Shown here one piece after another: positions 1-7,853 of a stretch of DNA of 64,000 nucleotides. Source of the stretch: Candidatus Nitrospinota bacterium M3_3B_026 (GTDB taxonomy: Bacteria > Nitrospinota_A > UBA7883 > JBPRGF01); the NCBI GenBank assembly GCA_051418015.1, contig JBPRGF010000029.1, forward strand, positions 32,001 through 96,000, given 5' to 3'. The position numbers and the translations under genes are program-made. Numbering within the stretch: position 1 is the first letter of the stretch; each line of letters opens with the position of its first letter. The notes below the pieces were generated by a model. That model had not been told where the DNA came from, ran no database searches, and saw only the letters and a program-made list of their open reading frames with translations.

Positions 1-150
1 GACGGTTCGGTTGAAAGCTCATTGCGGGTTTCTGGGGTCGTCGCCAACGTGCCAGCGGTAGAAATCGGGTTGATCTTTGCCAACCCAGAGATCAGCGAAA
101 AGGCCAAGCAGTTGGTTGACAGCAAGGTGAAGGAATTATTAAAGCAATAA
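1..150 (+). CDS. 3' end of an island gene truncated by the window edge (…DGSVESSLRVSGVVANVPAVEIGLIFANPEISEKAKQLVDSKVKELLKQ*); possibly an HD-domain phosphohydrolase
   Basis: Frame 1 is open from base 1 to TAA at 148-150, followed closely by the next gene's RBS and start. The product guess rests only on the common HD-protein + YwgA-like pairing. Confidence 0.45.
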   Translation, partial: DGSVESSLRVSGVVANVPAVEIGLIFANPEISEKAKQLVDSKVKELLKQ

Positions 151-156
151 GCAAGT

Positions 157-699
157 ATGGGAGGAGGCGCTATGCAATTTAAAAGGCATGCGTTTATACT
201 GGCTATTATTGATTCTCTCCATAAACATGGCAGTTGGACGGGGAAAACCCATGTCCAAAAAGCCTTATCGCTTCTGCGGGATTCAGGGAAAGTTGATCTG
301 CCTTTTGAATTTGTCTTGTATAGGCACGGTCCTTATTCATTTGACGTCGAATCAGAGCTTGAGCAAATGCAAAGCTACGGGGCGGTAAGGATTGAGCCGA
401 ACGTAGCGGGATACGGTGTCGTGCTTCACCCGGGTGAAATGGCTGATTTCGTTAATAGTATCGAGAAGTTGTCAACAGAAGAACTGGAAGCTATCGAGGA
501 CGTCTGTGAATTTATTGGTTTACAGCCTGTGAAAGTTCTTGAACGCCTTGCGACCGCATCCTGGATTCGTTGCCAGGAAGGCAAGACTGAGCAAAAAGAT
601 GTTGCTGAACGTCTGCACTCTTTAAAGCCACATATTTCTATTCCCGATGCTGAGGATGCTAATAATACGGTTAGCTCTTGGCTGAGTCAGAAAAACTAA
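157..699 (+). CDS. YwgA / Panacea (SocA/DUF4065)-like protein
   Basis: N-terminal 'GKTHVQKALSLL…F.LYRHGPYS' resembles the QK…GP motif of YwgA/Panacea-type proteins. The likely start is ATG 172, after GGAGGAGG. Confidence 0.55.
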   Translation: MGGGAMQFKRHAFILAIIDSLHKHGSWTGKTHVQKALSLLRDSGKVDLPFEFVLYRHGPYSFDVESELEQMQSYGAVRIEPNVAGYGVVLHPGEMADFVNSIEKLSTEELEAIEDVCEFIGLQPVKVLERLATASWIRCQEGKTEQKDVAERLHSLKPHISIPDAEDANNTVSSWLSQKN

Positions 700-774
700 C
701 CATTCGGTGGACCAAAACTACTGCGCTTGATCCAACAGGGGTGAGAAGCCAGATGACACGTTGACATCGGTTTC

Positions 775-1359
775 TTAGATAGCGTTGCGAGGGGGTCGGC
801 CAAGGCCTTGTTTGAATTGACGATCCACTCCCGTCATTCTTACTCTAAAATCATACATTTGCTTGCTTACCCCATAAATACGCTTAACCTCATCGAACGA
901 AAGCCTTCGACGGCGAATGTGAAGGAGAGCTTCTCTAGGCAGGAGCAGGCATCCAGCCAGCCAAGTCGCTTCTTCTTCTTGATCTTTACTATATGTATTT
1001 AATAACAAAATTCCATCTTCTGTCACATCCACTCTGGCGGCTTTGTGCCCAATGAAAAGATGAGACATTTCATGCATTAGGTCACTGGCCATTCTAACCT
1101 TGCTATTCACAGGGTTTAGAATTATCAAGCTAGTAGTTGCTCCATTTATAGTTACAGCAGACCAGCTTTCCTTATCCTTTACAGTTAAAATTTCTATCGA
1201 TTCTTTACTTAATTCTGGAATCTGATTTGCAGTGCAAACTGTTATTCCTTTCGATTCTGCTAACAACCAAGGATCGAGTGGATCATAAGCGCGAAGCCCA
1301 AAATTATTTCTCTGTTGAAGGGCAATGTTCTCACACCATGTTTTAAAACCTCTCTGCAC
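775..1359 (-). CDS. ImmA/IrrE-family Zn metallopeptidase (CapP-like)
   Basis: HEMSH (HExxH) motif followed by 'QEEEATWLAGCLLLP', typical of IrrE/ImmA. Lies immediately downstream of an XRE HTH gene. Confidence 0.88.
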   Translation of the reverse strand: MQRGFKTWCENIALQQRNNFGLRAYDPLDPWLLAESKGITVCTANQIPELSKESIEILTVKDKESWSAVTINGATTSLIILNPVNSKVRMASDLMHEMSHLFIGHKAARVDVTEDGILLLNTYSKDQEEEATWLAGCLLLPREALLHIRRRRLSFDEVKRIYGVSKQMYDFRVRMTGVDRQFKQGLGRPPRNAI

Positions 1360-1363
1360 GGAA

Positions 1364-1699
1364 TCACTCCTCAGTTGCCATAAATGCTCGCTGTGCAGCC
1401 ATAATCATATCACTTAAGGCTTTAGCAGTATCTGGGTGAATGGCATGGTCTTTTCGAAAGTTTACAGCAACTTTTAAGCGTTCAGTTTTCCCCCCACTAA
1501 TGCCAAGAACCTCGCCTGGATCGATATTTAGCCACATACATATTTTTTTGAAAGTGGCTAGGTCGGGCATATGGCCACGCTCGACCCGTGACAAAGTAGC
1601 AGGACTGATACCTATTTCTTTCGCTGCAGCACGGACTCCAAGGGAAGCGCGTTTTGCTTCCAGCTTTCTACCAAGATTTTCCAGTGTAAGTTTTGTCAT
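1364..1699 (-). CDS. XRE-family HTH transcriptional repressor (CapH-like)
   Basis: 'GVRAAAKEIGISPATLSRVERGHMPD' is a cro/C1 HTH. AAGGAGG RBS upstream; divergent from the Ubl operon. Confidence 0.88.
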   Translation of the reverse strand: MTKLTLENLGRKLEAKRASLGVRAAAKEIGISPATLSRVERGHMPDLATFKKICMWLNIDPGEVLGISGGKTERLKVAVNFRKDHAIHPDTAKALSDMIMAAQRAFMATEE

Positions 1700-1732
1700 A
1701 ACCCTCCTTCTGTCTTATTAGTAAAACATTGC

Positions 1733-1784
1733 TTGACAGGAGCAACGGTCGGTTTTATTCTTATACTGTATCACATGTGAAACA
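1733..1784 (+). promoter_or_regulatory. Sigma70-type promoter of the Ubl operon with a downstream palindromic operator
   Basis: TTGACA (1733-1738), 17-bp spacer, TATTCT (1756-1761); near-perfect palindrome TGTATCACATGTGAAACA at 1767-1784. Confidence 0.6.
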
Positions 1785-1862
1785 TTTTCACGCTGATGAG
1801 CCGACTTGTCAATGGGCCAGTGGTTCCCTGTGTTTACATTTATTTGATATATGGAGGATTGA

Positions 1863-1937
1863 ATGGCTAAGGAGTACAAACCGGGCCAAAGGTACAAACT
1901 TGCCGACCGGACCAAGAACAAGGCTGGCGGCCGCTGA
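1863..1937 (+). CDS. 24-aa micro-ORF MAKEYKPGQRYKLADRTKNKAGGR; possibly an internally deleted YjzC-like small protein
   Basis: Strong GGAGG RBS at 1853-1857, ATG 1863, TGA 1935-1937; absent from the ORF track because of its length. Confidence 0.45.
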   Translation: MAKEYKPGQRYKLADRTKNKAGGR

Positions 1938-1950
1938 GAAGGAGAATAAC

Positions 1951-2697
1951 ATGAGCGACGAATCAAATCCCACGAAAGAAGAGGAAGTCACCGAAGAGGT
2001 TAGCGATGAGATCGCTGATCTGGAAGAATATGCGCGAAAAGGAATTAAGCCTCCCCTCTGTCGCGGATATCGTGTAAAAATTAATGGTCAGCTTTATATT
2101 TTTGGTTCCTCACAGGTCACTGGTCGTGAGGTACTTGTAAAAGCCAACCTGACACCCCCTGAAAACTACACGCTCAGAGTCAAAATCGGCGGTCAACGTC
2201 CGAAGAAAGTGGAGTTGGACGAAACCGTAGATCTTTGCCACCCCGGTATCGAGAAGTTTAAAGCCCTACCGAGGGACCAGATAGAGGGTGAAACCATTCC
2301 CTTGCGGCGTCAGTTTCCATTGTTCCCTAGCGACGAAGCTTTTCTAAACGACTATGGACTTCCGTGGGAGACGGTTATCGATGGATCTCAATGGTTACTC
2401 ATACACGACTTCCCTCTTCCCGCGGGCTATAACCACACCACTGTTACGGCCGCTATTCGGATGGAAACCGGCTACCCCAACGCCCAACTCGACATGGTTT
2501 ATTTTTCCCCCGCTCTGGCGCGACAAGACGGGGTTCCCATTGCTCAGACTAATGCGACACAGGCTATTCATGGGAATATCTTCCAAAGATGGTCTCGCCA
2601 TCGAACCACACAGAATCCTTGGAAGCCTGATGTTGATAACCTCGAATCACACGTAATCCTGATCGAGGACTGGCTTGAAAGGGAATTTGTTAAATGA
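1951..2697 (+). CDS. Multi-ubiquitin-type Ubl domain fused to an E2-fold (Prok-E2_E-like) domain (BubAB-like)
   Basis: ATG 1951 after AAGGAG. Beta-grasp region 'YRVKINGQ…VTGREVL…VDLCHPGIEKF' ends in DQIEG (Gly at 2287-2289). It is followed by 'FPLPAGYN…GYPNAQLDMVYFSP…FQRWSRH…W.P.VDNL.SH', typical of the E2_E family. Confidence 0.8.
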   Translation: MSDESNPTKEEEVTEEVSDEIADLEEYARKGIKPPLCRGYRVKINGQLYIFGSSQVTGREVLVKANLTPPENYTLRVKIGGQRPKKVELDETVDLCHPGIEKFKALPRDQIEGETIPLRRQFPLFPSDEAFLNDYGLPWETVIDGSQWLLIHDFPLPAGYNHTTVTAAIRMETGYPNAQLDMVYFSPALARQDGVPIAQTNATQAIHGNIFQRWSRHRTTQNPWKPDVDNLESHVILIEDWLEREFVK

Positions 2698-4115
2698 ATG
2701 TACCTGTAACCCTTAGCATGACATCCTCGCAACATGAGGAGCTTAAGCAGATTTTATTTCCCGGTGACCAAAAAGAGGCAGTTGCTATCGCTCTTTGCGG
2801 CCGCCGGCATGGGGATCGACGGCATCGCTTGCTGGTAAGGGAGGTCCACGGACTCCCGGTGTCGGCTTACAACAAGAGAGTCGATTCCGAGGTTTCGTGG
2901 TCAACTGAAGCTCTTATTTCATTACTCGAAGTGGCCCTTGACGAAAACTACTCCGTCATAAAGTTTCACAGTCATCCAAGCGGTCAGCCTTACTTCTCCT
3001 CTAAAGACGATTTTAGTGATTCGGAGTTGTTACCCATGGTTCAGGCTTGGATCGAGTCTGAGGTCCCCCATGGAAGCGTTGTCATGACTCCTGATGGCCA
3101 GATGTTTGGACGTGCTCTTTCTGGAATGGAAGGGAAATTTATTCCGATCCACGCAATCAATGTGGTGGGTGACGACCTGCACTTTTGGTATCCAAACCAA
3201 AGCAAGAGCGAAATCCCCTCATTTGTCGCATCCCATAAACAGGCATTTGGTCAGGGAACGACGGAATGCCTACAGCGCCTTTCCATTGCTGTTGTCGGTT
3301 GCTCAGGTACAGGAAGCCCAGTAATTGAGCAGTTGGTAAGGCTTGGCGTTGGAGAAATCATCATAGTAGACAATGACCGCATGGAGGATAGGAATGTCAA
3401 TCGGATATTGAACTCTACGATGTCCGATGTCCGAAGTAGCCGGTTCAAAGTCGACGTCTTATTCGACGCTATTAACCAGGCCGGATTCGGGACGCGCGTA
3501 ATCCCGATTAAGAGAAACTTATGGAATAGGGATGTTGTTGAATGTGTCGCTCAATGCGATGTTGTCTTCGGTTGCATGGATACAATCGACGGCCGGTACC
3601 TCCTAAACAAGTTGGCGACTTACTACTTGATTCCTTACTTCGACATTGGCGTCAAGCTTGACGCGATTTCTGAAGGAGAGGATAAAGGAAATATCCGTGA
3701 AGTATGCGGAACAGTTCATTATCTTCAGCCAGGCAAATCTAGCCTTATGAGCAGAGGACTGTTCGACATGGATGAAGTGAGAGGTGCGGGATTGTACAGA
3801 AATGATCCTAAAGCCTATGCCAACCAAGCCAGGGAGGGCTATATTGCCGGTGTCGAAGAAAATAAGCCTGCCGTGATCTCAGTCAATATGTTTGGGGCCT
3901 CCCTTGTAGTCAACGATTTCCTTGCTAGAATTCACCCTTATCGTGAGGAACCGAACAAAGAATATGCCAACATTACGTTCAGTCTTGCGAGCATGGAATT
4001 ATTCTATGAGTCGGAAGGCGTGCCATGCTCTCTTATTGCTGAAAGTATAGGCATTGGCGACACGGAGCCTTTCTTGGGTGAACTTGAACTTTCTGTGAAA
4101 CGTGAAGTTGCATGA
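2694..4115 (+). CDS. JAB/MPN+ peptidase fused to a ThiF/E1-like adenylation domain (BubCD-like)
   Basis: JAB motif E…HSHPSGQPYFSSKDD (HxH-x7-S-x2-D). ThiF motifs VVGCSGTGS, DNDRMEDRNVNR, KVD, GCMDTIDGR. ATGA overlap with the upstream gene. Confidence 0.88.
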   Translation: MNVPVTLSMTSSQHEELKQILFPGDQKEAVAIALCGRRHGDRRHRLLVREVHGLPVSAYNKRVDSEVSWSTEALISLLEVALDENYSVIKFHSHPSGQPYFSSKDDFSDSELLPMVQAWIESEVPHGSVVMTPDGQMFGRALSGMEGKFIPIHAINVVGDDLHFWYPNQSKSEIPSFVASHKQAFGQGTTECLQRLSIAVVGCSGTGSPVIEQLVRLGVGEIIIVDNDRMEDRNVNRILNSTMSDVRSSRFKVDVLFDAINQAGFGTRVIPIKRNLWNRDVVECVAQCDVVFGCMDTIDGRYLLNKLATYYLIPYFDIGVKLDAISEGEDKGNIREVCGTVHYLQPGKSSLMSRGLFDMDEVRGAGLYRNDPKAYANQAREGYIAGVEENKPAVISVNMFGASLVVNDFLARIHPYREEPNKEYANITFSLASMELFYESEGVPCSLIAESIGIGDTEPFLGELELSVKREVA

Positions 4116-4495
4116 AATGGCTCAGGACACTATTCAAAAATTTTAAATTTTGCAAATTCGTTAAGAGGGGGCCTTTTTATAGAACCGTTATTGTTCATGA
4201 GTCTCTCCCGGAAAGCCTTAGGAAAGCAACGCTCTACGTTGTAGAGGAGGATGGTCATCGAGAGTATGTCGCTATGCTCTGTCCCTGTGGATGTGGGCTA
4301 ACCTTGCATATGAACTTAATCCCGGATGACCGCCCATGCTGGCAGCTTACGATTTATTCCGATAACTCAGCGACTCTTGATCCTTCAGTATGGAGAAGAA
4401 AGGGGTGTGAATCTCATTTCTGGTTACGTCGGGGGAAAGTTCTTTGGTGTTATGCCGACGAGCCATGGTGGGTCCGTTGGTTTTCAGGAGCATAA
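4112..4495 (+). CDS. DUF6527-like Cys/His-rich protein
   Basis: 'CPCGCG…W…TLDPSVWRRKGCESHFWLRRGKVLWC' pattern; ATGA overlap with the JAB-E1 gene. Confidence 0.75.
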   Translation: MKWLRTLFKNFKFCKFVKRGPFYRTVIVHESLPESLRKATLYVVEEDGHREYVAMLCPCGCGLTLHMNLIPDDRPCWQLTIYSDNSATLDPSVWRRKGCESHFWLRRGKVLWCYADEPWWVRWFSGA

Positions 4496-4572
4496 CAACA
4501 GGCAACTGATTGATAAGGCATTCCATATGAATCTCCACTGCCTTCCAGCTTTTTTCGGTTCACTCTCCAGTT

Positions 4573-5679
4573 TCATCCTTTCTTTCCAGAAAGCGATCCA
4601 CAAACCGCTTGTCTGAAAATATCAGCCGCGGTCTCAGCGGCGTCGCGCAGCGCGGAATCCAACAAGTGGGCGTAGCGCTGGGTCATCTCCAGTGTGCGGT
4701 GGGTGAGAAGGCGCTGGAGCATGTAGATGTCCACCCTGCCGCTGGAGGCGAGAAGCGAGGCGTAGGCGTGGCGCAGGCCATGAAATCTGAAATTCTCGGG
4801 GAGTTCGGCGCGTTTCTTGATCCTTTTCCATGCTCTCTTAAAATCTATACGCTCGCCACCCTCACGGCCCGGGAAAACATAGGGGTTTCCATTACGTGGG
4901 TGACTCTCGAATACTTCGCGGACGAAAGAGTTCATTGGTATTACATCGATTTCGCCCGTCTTCCCGCCCTTAGGCTCGCGCAGGAAGATGTGCCCGCGCT
5001 CGAAATCGAGGTCGTCCCAATGCAGCTTGAAAATGGCCCCACGGCGCATCCCGGTGAAAAGGGCCGTGAGGACGACACCACGCGCCTGCGGGTCTTCGTC
5101 GGCTTCCGCCGCGTTTACCAGGGCGGAGACCTGCTCCTGCGTCAGGTACTCGGTTCGCTTGTTGTCGAACCTCGGCATTTCTATTTTGAAATCCAGTCCA
5201 TGGCAAAGCCTCTGTTTCACGCCGAAATTCACTATCCGCTGCAGAAGGGCGAGAATATGCTTGACCGTCGCCGGTTTGCGTCTTTCCAGGAGCCCGTTCT
5301 TGAACCGCTCCACCTCCGCTGATTTTATTTCCTCCGGTGTCTTCTGGCCGAATGCCTCGCGGAGATGATTCTTGTATAGCTTTTCATCATCACGCAGATA
5401 TTTTCCCTTGGGACGGGTGGAGAAATACTCGAGCATGAGGTTTTCAATCGTCCGTTTCATCTTTTCCGCTATCATCGAGCGCCGCTCTTGGTTGGACAGA
5501 TCCCCTGTGATTCGTTTGGCGCGAATCTGGTTCGCCTGAGCGGTCGAGCGGGCTGGAGTTTTTTCTTCAATCAGCTTTCCGTCTTTGCGGTACCTGATAT
5601 AATAGACACGGAATCCGGGATCGGTTTCGATGTAGTAGACGCCTGGATATTTTGTCTTGATTCTGCTCAACGTCGGCAT
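4573..5679 (-). CDS. Tyrosine recombinase / phage-type integrase
   Basis: Catalytic residues TGMRRG (R), PKGG (K), FHGLRH (HxxR), LLTH, TQRY (Y); N-terminal arm-binding-like region 'KTKYPGVY…YYIRYRKDGK'. Start reassigned to ATG 5679. Confidence 0.93.
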   Translation of the reverse strand: MPTLSRIKTKYPGVYYIETDPGFRVYYIRYRKDGKLIEEKTPARSTAQANQIRAKRITGDLSNQERRSMIAEKMKRTIENLMLEYFSTRPKGKYLRDDEKLYKNHLREAFGQKTPEEIKSAEVERFKNGLLERRKPATVKHILALLQRIVNFGVKQRLCHGLDFKIEMPRFDNKRTEYLTQEQVSALVNAAEADEDPQARGVVLTALFTGMRRGAIFKLHWDDLDFERGHIFLREPKGGKTGEIDVIPMNSFVREVFESHPRNGNPYVFPGREGGERIDFKRAWKRIKKRAELPENFRFHGLRHAYASLLASSGRVDIYMLQRLLTHRTLEMTQRYAHLLDSALRDAAETAADIFRQAVCGSLSGKKG

Positions 5680-5692
5680 TTTTCTAACCCCG

Positions 5693-5714
5693 TATTCCCC
5701 ACATATTCCCCACA
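5693..5714. repeat. Tandem 11-bp direct repeat TATTCCCCACA x2 (candidate integrase arm-binding sites)
   Basis: Exact copies at 5693-5703 and 5704-5714, between the integrase start and the att core. Confidence 0.55.
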
Positions 5715-5855
5715 CGCGGCACGAAAATTCGCGTCTTAAAACGGAAATATTGGTACCTAGTATTATCCAGATGTTACTCGTAACCCCTGAATTAATCAAT
5801 ACTTGGGGATATTTAAGTTGAAATAGGCAGGATTGGGGAGAGGGCCTTGAAGCTC

Positions 5856-5900
5856 CTCTTAATCAGCGGGTCACAGGTTCGAATCCTGTACGGCTCACCA
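5856..5900 (+). repeat. att site: 3' half of tRNA-Lys(CTT), non-functional fragment
   Basis: CTCTTAA-TCAGCGGGTCACAGGTTCGAATCCTGTACGGCTCACCA has an anticodon loop, T-arm and CCA, but no 5' acceptor strand or D-arm upstream. Confidence 0.88.
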
Positions 5901-6010
5901 TTTTTTATCAACAGGTTGCGGGCTTTCGCCGCGGCCCTTTTTTCATTCCCCGCAAGCCCGGCGCGAAAATCCCTTGTTGTGACGGCGGCTCAAAAAGCTA
6001 AAATGTCCCT

Positions 6011-7711
6011 ATGCTCAAGGAGCTTTACGTCAAGGACTTCGCCATAGTGGACGAGGCCCGGGTGGAGTTCGCCGGGGGGCTCAACGCCCTCACCGGCGAG
6101 ACCGGCGCGGGAAAGTCGATCCTCGTGGAGGCGTTGGGCCTTGCCCTGGGGGGCCGATCCAGCGAGGAGATGATCCGGTCCGGCGCCGAGCGGGCCGTCG
6201 TGGAGGCGCTGTTCGACACCGACGACGTCCCCGGCCTGCCGGCCTGGCTTGCCGAGCAGGGGCTGGAGGGCGACGGCGGCGGGCTGCTCATCAGGCGCAT
6301 AATCACTAGAACCGGCAAGAACAGAACGTACATCAACGGCGCGATGGCCACCGTGGCGCAGCTGCGGGCCGCCGGGGAGACCCTTGTCGATATCCACGGC
6401 CAGAACGAGCACCAGACCCTCCTGAGGCCAAAAGCCCACCTGCCCTTTCTGGACTCTTTTCTCGGGATCGAAGGGGAGCGCGGGAAGTTCCAGGAGAAGT
6501 TCGACGAGTACAGGAGCGCCGCCGGGAAGCTGGCCTCGCTGAAAAAAGACCAGAGGGAGACCGAGCGGCGGATGGACCTTCTGCGCTTCCAGGTGAACGA
6601 GATCGACGCCGCTTCCCTTGCCCCCGGCGAGGACGAGGCGCTGGCCGCGGAAAAGAGCCGGCTTTCGAACGTCGAGGCGCTGATGGAGCTTGCCGCCGGG
6701 GCCGCGGGCGCCCTGGACGGGGGGGACCGGGCCGCCTCGGCCCTTCTCGGCGCCGCCCGGGCCGCCGTGGAGCGGATGGCCCAACTGGACGAGACGCTGG
6801 TCCCGCTCGCGTCGGAGCTTGTGGAGATAAGCCTGCGGGCCGACGAGGCGGCCGCCGAGCTGAGCCGCCACGCCGACGGAATCGAGCGCGACCCGGATAG
6901 GCTCGCCGAGGTGGACGACCGGCTGGACATGATAAAGAATCTCAAGAAAAAGTATGGCGGGACGATCGAAGACATCCTGGCCTTCCGTGACCAGGCGGCG
7001 GCGGAGCTTGCCGGGCTCGAGCTTGCCGGACAGAGCGCGGACGAGCTTGAAAAAAAGGCCGCCGAGCTTGGCCGTGAGACGGCCCGGCTTGCCCTGGCCC
7101 TGGACGAAAAGAGACGAGGCGGCGCGGACAGATTCGCGAAAGCCGTTCGGGGAGAGCTTGCCGGCCTGAACATGGGCAAGGCTCGGGTGGAGCTTGCCTT
7201 CGCTTACGGCGACGACCCGGAGAGCCCGGCGCGAAAAGACGGCAGAGGCGTGAAGATGAGCCGGGACGGGATCGGGCAGGTGGAGATCCTTTTTTCCTCC
7301 AACCCCGGCTCGCCGCCCAAGCCGTTCGTGAAGGTGGCCTCCGGCGGCGAGATGAGCAGGCTGATGCTGGCGTTGAAGACCGTCCTCCACGGCAAGCAGC
7401 CCGCGCCTGTCATCGTCTTCGACGAGATAGACGCGGGGATAGGAGGCGTCACGGCGGATCGGCTGGGCGAGAAGCTGCGCGAGCTCGCCGGGCGGGCGCA
7501 GGTCTTCTGCGTCACGCACCTGCCGCAGGTGGCCCGCCAGGCCCACGCTCACTACTCGGTGGAAAAACACGCATCGAGAGGGAAGACCGGCGTGGTGGTG
7601 GCGAAGCTCGACCGCGGCGGAAGGGTCGCCGAGCTGGCCCGCATGGCGGGCGGGGGGACTGCCAAAGAGTCGGCCATCAAATGGGCCGAAGAGGCCCTGG
7701 AGCAGAGTTGA
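6011..7711 (+). CDS. recN: DNA repair protein RecN
   Basis: 'LTGETGAGKS' Walker A, 'DIHGQNEHQ', 'ASGGEMSRLMLALK', 'FDEIDAGIGG', 'VTHLPQVA'. Confidence 0.96.
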   Translation: MLKELYVKDFAIVDEARVEFAGGLNALTGETGAGKSILVEALGLALGGRSSEEMIRSGAERAVVEALFDTDDVPGLPAWLAEQGLEGDGGGLLIRRIITRTGKNRTYINGAMATVAQLRAAGETLVDIHGQNEHQTLLRPKAHLPFLDSFLGIEGERGKFQEKFDEYRSAAGKLASLKKDQRETERRMDLLRFQVNEIDAASLAPGEDEALAAEKSRLSNVEALMELAAGAAGALDGGDRAASALLGAARAAVERMAQLDETLVPLASELVEISLRADEAAAELSRHADGIERDPDRLAEVDDRLDMIKNLKKKYGGTIEDILAFRDQAAAELAGLELAGQSADELEKKAAELGRETARLALALDEKRRGGADRFAKAVRGELAGLNMGKARVELAFAYGDDPESPARKDGRGVKMSRDGIGQVEILFSSNPGSPPKPFVKVASGGEMSRLMLALKTVLHGKQPAPVIVFDEIDAGIGGVTADRLGEKLRELAGRAQVFCVTHLPQVARQAHAHYSVEKHASRGKTGVVVAKLDRGGRVAELARMAGGGTAKESAIKWAEEALEQS

Positions 7712-7853
7712 CCTGTCCGTCTCTCCTGGAGCGTCGGCGAAGGGTTTGGAACGGTGGATTGAAGCCGCGACGCAGACGCCATCTCACTGAGCCGCGCGAT
7801 CAATGTCACTCCAAGCCGGAGGCGAAGGGTTTCGTATTCTCCCCATCAGCGCC

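Larger units (their letters stand above)
1..5900. mobile_element. Right end of an integrative genomic (defence) island inserted in tRNA-Lys(CTT)
   Basis: Visibly lower GC than the flank, an integrase next to a 3' tRNA fragment, and an abrupt return to host-like recN after 5900. Confidence 0.85.

Noticed and set aside
1729..1950. N-terminal 74-aa extension of the Ubl-E2 ORF in the ORF track
   Set aside because: It overlaps the promoter, operator and micro-ORF; ATG 1951 has a strong AAGGAG RBS.
2694..4115. Housekeeping ThiF/MoeB for thiamine or molybdopterin synthesis
   Set aside because: JAB fusion, loss of the Zn-binding CxxC, E2-fold partner and island context; no thi/moa genes nearby.
775..4495. 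CBASS (Cap2/Cap3) call
   Set aside because: No CD-NTase or cyclic-nucleotide effector lies in the operon, and the domain order (Ubl-E2, JAB-E1) differs from Cap2 (E2-E1) plus separate Cap3.
5826..5900. Complete functional tRNA-Lys
   Set aside because: The sequence upstream of 5856 cannot form the D-arm or pair with the acceptor 3' strand (CGGCTC), so only the 3' half is present.
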